A DNA stretch of 10,199 nucleotides from NCBI GenBank assembly GCA_043228905.1, contig JBHGNT010001292.1, forward strand, positions 1 to 10,199. Reading direction: 5' to 3'. This DNA is from Azolla caroliniana (lineage: Eukaryota > Plantae > Polypodiophyta). Below the pieces are notes generated by a model. It was not told the DNA's origin. It saw nothing but the letters and a program-made list of their open reading frames with translations, and did no database searches. The first letter of the stretch is position 1, and every line of letters begins with the position of its first letter. Below, piece by piece: positions 1 through 8,952 of this stretch. The translations under genes were made by a program, and so were the position numbers.

Positions 1-154
1 AAATATCATTAAAAGAGTTTGCAAACGGAAGTATAAACTTGAAAAAACATTTGAAGGAGCAGAGCGATATATTAAGCATCTTCAAAGACTGAAATGGCAT
101 ATAGAACCAGACAAGATCTCACAACTAAAAACACAGTATTTTCTATGTTAGCAA

Positions 155-304
155 TGAAAAAGATGATAATAGTATACCAGTCCTAGGAGATAGGTATGGC
201 CCTTGGATTTAGCATGGGAATGTGGATAGTGAAAAAGATGATAATAGTATACCAGTCCTAGGGGATAGGTATGGCCCTTGGGTTTAGCATGGAAATGTGG
301 ATAG
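155..304. repeat. Tandem duplication, 2 x 75 bp
   Basis: 155-229 and 230-304 align without gaps, with 3 mismatches, all A/G transitions. Confidence 0.97.
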
Positions 305-307
305 GAC

Positions 308-480
308 TATGACATCCCTCCCAGGATCAAATATGGTGATCACTCAATGAGGAAAATGATGCCATTCGTCTTTTATAGGATTTCCTAACCTTCCTTCAAA
401 TAAGTGTGCGTTAACACACTAAAGTTCATTATGGGCCTTTCCCACCGTTAACACCCATCCAAATGTCTCTGGATGTAACA
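308..480 (-). mobile_element. Probable short solo LTR (TRIM-like), 173 bp
   Basis: The termini TATGACATCC (308) and GGATGTAACA (480) are an imperfect inverted repeat of TG...CA type, with one end decayed to TA. The flanks AGGAC (303-307) and AGGAT (481-485) form a 4/5 target-site duplication. A minus-strand CCTATAAAAG TATA-like box lies at about 370-379; the orientation is inferred from this alone. Confidence 0.6.
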
Positions 481-540
481 AGGATGATATATAGTATATG
501 GATATATGTGCAAAACAGAGTATGTATCTCTAATTGTACA

Positions 541-564
541 TATATATATATATATATATATATA
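541..564. repeat. (TA)12 microsatellite
   Basis: Read directly from the sequence. Confidence 0.97.
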
Positions 565-1708
565 GCAAACTGTATATTCACAATATATGTGTTCACAAAA
601 TGTATATAGCATTCGTACTACAGAGGTATGCTGATATTCAATGCAAGGGCCCTGACCCTTTTTTACCTGTGCCTCTGGAGTATGCCTAAGCATGCTTTCT
701 GAAGTCTATACCTGAAGGTTTACAAGAGTTACCCTATATCCATTCAATGAAACTGAAATTGACATTCTAAACATATTCATCATAGACTATCAAAGATGGA
801 GAGATCACAACATGAGTAAACTGTGTGTCCAATAACAAGAACAAGGATCAATTTCATTTGCCGGTACAGGTACTAGTACTGGTGTTCATGTGGACATGGT
901 TTTGTGTTGCGTGCAGTGTCACCAGACCTGTTGCAATATCTTTGTGTTGTGGGATTCTCAAACAAATTATTGGTGCTTCGATAATTACAGGAACTTTGTA
1001 TCGCAATGCAGGGTAGCAGTGCTAACAAAAGTTCCAATGGAGGTCCCAAAAGTTTTATAAACAAATTTAAGATATTTCTGAAAATTGATTGTATTATTTT
1101 GATGACTATGCAAGTGAATAAAGGAAGCATACAGTAGAACAGTTCATTTTATAAGAAAGGTGGAATGAGGGTTTCAAATGGAGTGGAACACTCGAATCAA
1201 TCTGAGTGTTATAAATTGAGAGCAATTTTAAGGAAAAGTAAATTTCAAGGGAACAAACTACTCACTACTTAACTTGGATTATACAATAGAATGGAATAAC
1301 TGCAACAAGCTGAGTAGTTACCGTTCAAGAAAAACATTAAAAAATGTATCTTCTGCAGCAACGATTCTATTTACTATTTTGTCCAGAAAACCTGATCTAT
1401 TCCAGGAATTTCATTACTTGCGTCAAGTTTTCTGGTACTTTATGCATTTTATATAGCCTGGACTCTTCCATGGTGAATAGATCTTTTGTTATTGCTATCC
1501 TGCAATGGCATTCTTCAAGTTGCTATGGATGCAAACTTTAAGGGGTTTTGTCTTAGACAGCACAGCATCTCCAGCCAAAGACGCATTTTCTAGATACAGT
1601 CAATAGATTCCAGATACAATGACATCACCTGATTTCATGAATTCTGTTGATATCCATCACAAACTGTTCCTTCAGCGACCATGATACATGGATATATACA
1701 TGCCCCAT

Positions 1709-1945
1709 AGATCACAAGTAGTGATAGGTCAGCTAAGAGTAATATCACAAAGGCTCGGGATTGAGTTGAGTTGAGCTGAGCTGTGAGATGCCTATTGCAG
1801 ATAGGATATGTAGGACATGCACTGAGATGAAGTATGAGAGATCAAAAGTAGCGGTAGGTCAGCTAAGAGTATATTATCACACAAACTTAGGTCAAGCTGT
1901 GAGATGCCTAAAGCACAAAGGATCTGTCAGATATGCACTGAGATG
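1709..1945. repeat. Diverged tandem duplication (units about 1709-1829 and 1839-1945)
   Basis: The identical blocks TAGGTCAGCTAAGAGTA, TATCACA, AGCTGTGAGATGCCTA and ATGCACTGAGATG occur in the same order in both units. Unit 1 has an internal TTGAG/CTGAG expansion. Confidence 0.93.
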
Positions 1946-3476
1946 GATAATGGGGAAAGGAGTATTTCATTTAGCAAGGCATCTAGATAAGCAGATTTGT
2001 GCAGAGGGTAAATCCTTGAAGAAATCATGGATTTTAGAGACAAATTCTGTTTGTTCATTTCTTGATTGAGTTAGAAAGTCATAGAACCATTGATATATAC
2101 GCCACATATACCAGACCAGAGGAGACAATCACATCTCGTTGATTACTTTAGAAGGTAGCATTTCCATCCCCAGACAAATATGAAAGGACCACCCTGCAGG
2201 AGCTACAAACAATTACAGCCCATTGACGACCACAATCCCCAAGACATAGGGCCGCTGACATCCTCATAGAAACTTTTATAGCAATATCTGGGTTTTATTT
2301 TACCCTTGAGCTTGGGAAATGATTACTTAAGCACTGTACCTACAATACATAGTGCCTTGTGTGTGCTATATTTATCATTTTGGACGAAAAGTAGCTTTTA
2401 TTCCTTGAATAATTGGCCAGCTCCTTTTCTATGAGTACATTATATTGCCTTCTACTATCTCTGGGTCCAGAACAGTGCTACTCTTTTTATTATTTGACTG
2501 TGCCGTTTCCACTCCATTATTATTTATTGCATTCATACTTACTGTGGTGTCATCTTTCTTAGGACAGAAAACTTAATCTCAAAAGCATGTAATCAGATCG
2601 GTTGCCTTAGCTACAAAATTTGGACCTCACAGCTCATTCCACATATCATCTGGCCCTGATTTAGGGCTTTTTGTTCCAATGTTGATATTATGGATTCCTT
2701 TCTGGATGCTGGTGTTACCAATTATACTCCCATAGATTGCAAATCAAGAAAATCGACTTTGTCTGAGAAATTGGTGATCTACTGCAGAGATGATTCCACA
2801 CCTGTTATGACAGTGAATATTCAAAGATGCGAGAGCTGTGGGATGCCACTTCTCACATCTTCTGGTTTCCCATCAATAAATTGAAGGTTGTAGATTCTGT
2901 CAGTTCTAAAACTAGGAATTCTAGGTTGATTAGTGACTTCTTTAGACTCAAAGTGTGAGCCAAGGCATATTTCCAAATGATACCAAGTTATCTCATACTT
3001 TTCACATCATGGTTCATATTCCAGCCTAAAACTCGGTGTAGTGTATTGAGCATTTCCCACTTCAAACTCAAAATATGAGCTCTGGACTGTTGAGGTTAAT
3101 GATCCCTCCCAAATGCTACGGGTTCCTATCTTTGCTCAAACTAAGAAAAGTATATATCATCCAATCCTTCTACAAGCAGCATCCAAAGATAAAACTTGAA
3201 AGTCAATCCCAAAGAATAAGAAGATCCTCCATGGCACCAGTGGGAATCATATTTGGAAATACATGCTTAACACACACAACAAAAAAACTCGGCAAGAGAT
3301 TGTGAAGAAATCCAATGGGGAGACAATCACCACATTGGAACATATTATAATTATAGCACCCTAGACTTCTCTGACACATAATGTTCAACATTCCTTGATA
3401 AAGGAATAGCGTTACACCTAATATTACACATCATTCACCTCTGCATGCAGCTTAATTGATATAGGTAGGTACTAAC

Positions 3477-3532
3477 CAGTAGAGAAGACAAGCTCCAATT
3501 GAAAGGAGGGCGTTACGCTGGGCTTTAAAGAC
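3477..3532 (-). CDS. BAP31-like protein, exon 3 (final exon not located)
   Basis: CTGCAG| acceptor, then VFKAQRNALLSIGACLLY(W), ending at a TG|GTTAGT donor (3476). The K.QRN motif followed by a hydrophobic helix is typical of the Bap31 family. Confidence 0.88.
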
Positions 3533-3635
3533 CTGCAGATTGCATCAAACATAGATCAACAATGAGATATAATCATGTAAATAGATATATTTGTGCAAGA
3601 AAAAAGAAAGCAATTTTATGTAGGAAACAGCATAC

Positions 3636-3718
3636 AGATCGTTCATATCGGTCCCTCTCCACAACAGTGCACACATCCGAAGAACATTTCAGACGGTGCT
3701 CGTTTTTCCAATAGATAT
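3636..3718 (-). CDS. BAP31-like protein, exon 2
   Basis: CTTTGCAG| acceptor after a pyrimidine tract. The phase-1 join gives DIYWKNEHRLKCSSDVCTVVERDRYERS, ending at a GTATGC donor (3635). YWKNEHRL.C...CT..ERDRYE is the conserved family motif. Confidence 0.92.
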
Positions 3719-3793
3719 CTGCAAAGAAAGAAAGTTTACGGAGGATTTAGAGTTTACAATAAGGAGTATAGGAAGTAGAAGAAAGAGACAACT

Positions 3794-3802
3794 TTAGGGT
3801 TT
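3794..3802 (-). promoter_or_regulatory. Telo-box AAACCCTAA in intron 1 of the BAP31-like gene
   Basis: Exact TTAGGGTTT on the plus strand. Telo-boxes are established elements in the 5' regions of plant housekeeping genes; function here is inferred. Confidence 0.55.
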
Positions 3803-3999
3803 CAGAAACAAGGATGGATCCAACGATTAGGATTCACATGTTAAGGTACAGATTACAAAAAAGAAAGAAAACGGACAGACAGGATTAGGTTTTTCCGAAG
3901 CAAATGTTATCGGATGGTTCAAGTTTAGAGAATAAATGAAGGAAGAATAAGAAAAGGAGAAATGTTCAGAGATTTCATAAGCAAGGATGGATCAGAACT

Positions 4000-4008
4000 T
4001 TAGGGTTT
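4000..4008 (-). promoter_or_regulatory. Second telo-box AAACCCTAA in intron 1 of the BAP31-like gene
   Basis: Exact TTAGGGTTT about 40 nt inside the intron. It shares the 13-mer AACTTTAGGGTTT with the 3790-3802 copy. Confidence 0.55.
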
Positions 4009-4046
4009 AAATTATTGAAAGATTATCTAAGGAGGCATGTTTGTAC

Positions 4047-4218
4047 CGAGGAGCTGGAATGCTGCAAACGGCACGATACCAAGGGCGGGCTGGAGGAGGG
4101 AGGAGACGATGACGAGGAGGCGGCGGCGGAGGGCGGCCGGGTAGCGCACTGTGAGAAGCAACGCCAGGACTGCTTCCGCTGCGGTGGCCCCGCCCAACAT
4201 CATCCACTGCAGAGCCAT
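4047..4218 (-). CDS. BAP29/BAP31-like (YET-like) small ER membrane protein, exon 1
   Basis: ATG at 4218 starts MALQWMMLGGATAAEAVLALLLTVRYPAALRRRLLVIVSSLLQPALGIVPFAAFQLL, followed by a G|GTACAA donor (4046). The exon is GC-rich with two hydrophobic segments. It matches, from memory, the plant family pattern MALQW..L...AAEA..ALLLT...LQPAL.IVPFA.FQLLD.YWK. Confidence 0.9.
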
Positions 4219-4237
4219 CTCTCTCTCTCTCTCTCTC
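4218..4237 (-). repeat. (GA)10 tract in the 5' UTR abutting the start codon; possible GAGA/BPC element
   Basis: (TC)10 on the plus strand; the transcript would read GAGAGA...GAG ATG. Confidence 0.85.
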
Positions 4238-5800
4238 AGATCCTGAGTGTCTTCTGCTTCGTTTTGCTTCTCTGTGTGAGGAGGAGAAAGACACTGTCTG
4301 TGTACAATGTCATAGTATGAACCATACGTATCATCCGTGCATTCGCATTCGAGAATGGGAAAAACACCCTTGAAAATATGGTAAATACTAAATACCATAC
4401 TTTTGTATTCATTATTTATTATAAGGTAAATTTTTTTTTTAAGGTACGACAGTTAAGGTAAATCATATATAATAATAATAACATACGAATGTTTTGATAA
4501 CATACGCATTCTTTACATTCGTATGGAAAAGAATATTTGCCAATGCATTCGAGTATATTACGTACTATGGTGTACATGTCTTAACTAATAAAGCCAATGA
4601 TGTGTTTTTGCGTCTTTCTTCATCAAAGTCTTCCTCTTCTTCTACTAAATCAATCTACATTTGTATTAAACCAAGATGATAGATAATACAATCAAAACCT
4701 TGCTATACATATATCCCCAAACTCCACCATTAGTAGCGATGACATACATCTATTAAACCAAGATGTATCTGTATGGTATCTACGCTAAACCCTCTGTACA
4801 AGAGTCGTAATATAAATGACATACATCTACATAACCTCTTCTTCGGACAACGTCCCCATACACCAAATCAACTTTCCTTTCTAGCCTTCGGATTTTCTGT
4901 GGCACCCCTCGAAATCCATCAAACACCACCTCGAAATTCCCTAATTGCTAAGGTCGTAAAACACCACCTAGTATGATGGGGTGGGTAGAGCTTTAATAGC
5001 ATCAATGAAAACCCAACCCATTTAAAAGGTGGATTTTATTTTTTTGTTAATGCTGCTTGAATTTGTCATATAACAACCTAAATGGTTTTAGCAATTGGGC
5101 ATGTCATGTTATATGTCATCTTGCTCAATCATTATATATTGTATGGAGGTAAGTTGATAACCTTGTATTTATAGTATGACAACTTACTAATTATGGGCAA
5201 TTACTTAAAAAGATTGAAGAAGATTGAAACAATTGAAGGACAAGGTATTGATGCAAAACCCCCATGATCGTTGCATTACACTAAATATGTTCACATTACG
5301 CTAAATATAGCCTTGTATTATACCTCAAAAGACAAAATATGCTACATACCTCCAACTAAGCCTACAAGGTGTTTTGAGCGGGGCAACTCAAATGGTAGCA
5401 ACTAACCATTAACACAAAATGGTCAAGGGCTCATTACCTGCTAAAGCTTATTGGGACAAAAGTTAACCTACAATAACAAAAGGGTCAAGTGTTCAATGCA
5501 TGTTCAAGTGGGGGAAGAACGGTGAGCTACAATGTATAATGCATTATGATAGGGAAACATTAAGTAAATGCAAATACTTCAATGACACATTTTTTGCCAA
5601 AACTAGGTGCCAATGTAATTCTATAAAGATAATGATAGGGCGTGTATTAAAAGGGTTCAATGTCCACTAAAGGAGATAGAGAGAAAAAGATGTTCTACAA
5701 TAACAAAAGAATCAAGGTGTTAATGTTGGCCAAAGTAGTTTAAACAATTAGTCAAATTAATGGATCTCTATAGCTAAATTTTTATAACTAATGGAAGGAG

Positions 5801-5829
5801 TTTTTTTTTTTGGAATATATATATATATA
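5801..5829. repeat. Poly-T run followed by an (AT)n microsatellite
   Basis: Read directly from the sequence. Confidence 0.85.
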
Positions 5830-6272
5830 CATATAGGCAGCTTAGACAAATTTATTGGCAATGACTTAGTAAAACGCTAGGAGTTGGCATGGATATAAGT
5901 GCTCACGTTTATGAAACTCAACTAGCAAATGGAAGAAATATAAATAATCAATGCTGCAATTCATCAATTTCACAATGATTCTTATCTAGAATTACTTGAT
6001 TTTCATGTGATTAAACTAAGATCAACAAATGTACTAGGTTATCCTTGATTTACTAAGTTGTTTGGCTACAATTTTGATAATGTGACCAATATAAAACCCA
6101 ATTGAAAAATGGCGTAGATATATAAAGCATAAGATAAACATAGAACTCCAATAGTAAACCAAAGGAGTAACTTTTGATCCTACTTCCATAGTAGCTCAAG
6201 TACCTTCTTTCTTTTCCACTCTAACTACAACGCATTCATGATGATGTTCAAGAATTTTGCTCATTTCTTGAT

Positions 6273-6333
6273 TTGTTAATTTTCTACTAATTGTCTTTTG
6301 TTAATTTTCTACTAATTTTCTGTAATTGTCTTT
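6273..6333. repeat. Short 25-bp tandem repeat (TTGTTAATTTTCTACTAATT core, about 2.5 units)
   Basis: The core occurs at 6273 and 6298, with a partial third unit. Confidence 0.85.
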
Positions 6334-6484
6334 CTTAAACGGTTTTGAAGCTTCGAAACGTTTTCAAGTTTGATCCTTAATGACTATGCAATTGGAGTTG
6401 ATCCTTCATAAAGACATTAATACAACAATCAATTTGAAAAATAAATAGGAGGCAGGATAGATTATCATTTTATTATGTTTCCAT

Positions 6485-6806
6485 AATCAAACAAAATCAC
6501 AAATCAACAAAGTCAAATATCAAAACAATGAGAGTTAAGTGATGAGAGAGAGAGAGAGATTCTATTATCATCGTTAGAGGTCAAATATGATCTATGAGAC
6601 CTAATAGTTACAACATAACAGAATCAAACAAAATCACAAAGCAACAAAGACAAATATCAAAAGAACATCAACAAAGCAAGTGACGAGAGAGAAACAGAAT
6701 TAGAATTTTTAATGTCCATAAAGAGGCCAATTTTGACCTATGGGACCAGAGAGAGAGAGAGAGAGAAGAAGAAGCATAAAAGAAAGCTAATAGTTAAGAC
6801 ATAACA
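6485..6806. repeat. Diverged tandem duplication (137-bp first unit) containing (GA)n tracts
   Basis: AATCAAACAAAATCACAAA occurs at 6485 and 6622. Both units continue through AAGTGA.GAGAGAG and AGAGG.CAA...TGA.CTATG.GACC, and end in CTAATAGTTA..ACATAACA. Unit 2 has an extra GA-rich insert near 6748-6786. Confidence 0.9.
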
Positions 6807-7130
6807 AAAATATAATACTACATGAAAGCATGTTCAGCCATAATAAACTCATCACATTTTATCTACTACATTTACCGTTTTCCCCATACATCTGAGTTTC
6901 TACCATTTCTCCAAAGAGTGACAAGCAAACTCGACCACACAGTCTAGCACTCAGAGACAAGCCACTCAATAAAAATACACACAACCAATATATATGCATT
7001 CAAATAAACAATAAATCAGTGAAGGGGCTAGATCTTTGCAATATGCATCATCATTGGACCCTTTTAAATCCACACCCAATCCTGAAGGACAATGTTGCTC
7101 TTTTTTACTGGTAAAAAGAAACCCAAAATG

Positions 7131-7391
7131 ATAGTGCTGTTACAGTCTTGCTACTTCTGAACATGCTCTCCATCAACCAGCTTGAGAGAGAAAGATGTTT
7201 AAAGGTCTCTAAAATACAATGGTCAAAATCTTGTTGAGTATTTTAAAGGCATTAAAAATTTCAAAAGACAATGCTGTCACAATTCTGCTACTTATAACCA
7301 TGCCTCCCATCAACCAGCTTGAGAAAGAGAGATGTTCAAAAGTCTCTAAAATACAATGTTCAGAAACTTGTTGAGCATGTTAGAGACATTA
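7131..7391. repeat. Tandem duplication with a 137-bp period, downstream of the RUB gene
   Basis: CATCAACCAGCTTGAGA occurs at 7171 and 7308. GTCTCTAAAATACAATG and CTTGTTGAG are repeated at the same offset, and similarity extends on both sides. Confidence 0.93.
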
Positions 7392-7845
7392 CTACATCTT
7401 CCTTTCTCTCTTATGAGAGAGAAAAACCATATTTTTCATTGACCTGCATGCTTGAGTTTAAAGCTAGCTCATTCACTACTCAGGTGGCTTGTTCTTGCCA
7501 AAACAGCAAACTCACTTACGGGTCTCTGTGACACGAGAATGCTCTATTTTTAATATTACCTATTTCACTAAATGACATTCGGGTCATTTGAAAGGGAGAA
7601 AGTACGACGTACACACAAATTAACTCGCCTTCTGCTTAGGTAGCATAAATATAAGTTTGCATCATGAAAGGGCATATAAAACACCTAAAAAGGAATCTTG
7701 AATTTGGTTTGCATATCAGAAATACACTATCTGATGCAAGAGCAATTCTTACGTATACAAGATGGAGAATAGAACCATCTTTCAATTCGTAGACCCATAC
7801 TAAATCATTTAATATTCGAAACAGATTTGTCAGAAGAGAGTAGTA

Positions 7846-7963
7846 TTATGCAGTGTTTCCTCCGCCCCTCAGTGCAAGAACAAGATGAAGGACAGACCCA
7901 CCTTCAATGTTGTATTCCTTTGCAGTTTTTTCATCATTCATTTGCTTCCCAGCAAAAATTAGC
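7846..7963 (-). CDS. RUB1: Ubiquitin-RUB(NEDD8) fusion, last coding exon
   Basis: TTTGCAG|G acceptor at 7964-7965, with phase matching the previous exon. Translates to (R)[38 protein letters not shown]-stop (TAA at 7846-7848). It has the NEDD8-diagnostic Ala72 (LALRGG) and a 4-residue C-terminal extension. The precursor would be 156 aa if the unseen part is canonical. Absent from the ORF track. Confidence 0.97.
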
Positions 7964-8619
7964 CTGCAAATTGGGTAAAGAAAATGCTAACTAATTACGA
8001 GAATATCCAAGTCAGGATGCTAACAATAAACATGATACTAGTCATACATTTCTACATTATTATGCAGTGTGCATTCAAAGATTCCCTATACAAGGAAGAA
8101 ATCCAATAGCATGTCCACTGCTGTCTCTCTTTAGAGAAGCATGAAATGGCCAAATCTAATCCAATCTGTTTACCATATTGGATGTCTACCTGAAATTCTG
8201 GAGAGGAAAGACTTCCATACGATAATACAAGATAGAATTATTTTTCACTGTGAAAGACTTCTAAAAGGTGCTTAAATATCATTTCAAATATTACCCTGAT
8301 GAAAAAGGCACAGAACCAAGTCAAAATGAATATACTCATCTAAACATGTTTAAACTTGATCTTGTAAGCAGTGTTTGCAGAAAGCGGTTCCCTCAAACAC
8401 TAAAAATTCCATTGAATTTTTTCACATCATGGTTGGAAAAAAATATGAATAGAACAAAGACTGATAGACATATCCATGAATTAATTGGCCTTATTTTCTC
8501 CTAAGCTGGACGCCAAATACTATGTGTGTATGTGAAATTTTCTCATCAATTCCAATTATTTCATGCATAAGCAAACTTTCACAAATTACTAGCAGAACTT
8601 CACTGCATTCAAGACATTA

Positions 8620-8952
<333 letters not shown>

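Noticed and set aside
703-788. Minus-strand ATGATGA with an AGTCTA/TAGACT terminal stem as a possible snoRNA
   Set aside because: There is no CTGA D box before the closing stem and no recognisable guide.
1811-1945. C/D snoRNA reading of the duplicated element (GACATGCA-CTGA, resembling antisense to the 18S rRNA 5' region)
   Set aside because: The complementarity is only about 8 nt, there is no conserved RTGATGA C box, and it lies antisense to the host gene.
155-1945. Repeats as a CRISPR-like array or other prokaryotic system
   Set aside because: The context is spliced eukaryotic genes, and the repeats are two-copy duplications without a repeat-spacer pattern.
2831-2843. Resemblance of minus-strand TCCCACAGCTCTC to miR396
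   Set aside because: The match covers only part of the mature sequence, with mismatches, and there is no precursor-quality hairpin.
448-3391. Short ORFs of 60-93 aa across the left third of the window
   Set aside because: They show no recognisable domains, several have non-ATG starts, and they cross repeats or microsatellites within a probable intron.
4007-4320. Overlapping ORFs 4007..4294 (-) and 4015..4320 (+)
   Set aside because: These are shadow frames of a GC-rich exon, with low-complexity translations.
4219-4398. N-terminal extension of the 123-aa ORF (4027..4398)
   Set aside because: Family similarity begins at MALQW (4218). The extension crosses a GA microsatellite and promoter-like DNA.
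7844-8070. 13-bp TATTATGCAGTGT repeated at the RUB stop codon (7844) and in the last intron (8058)
   Set aside because: It is a single short match with no flanking similarity or splice signals, so it cannot support an alternative last exon.
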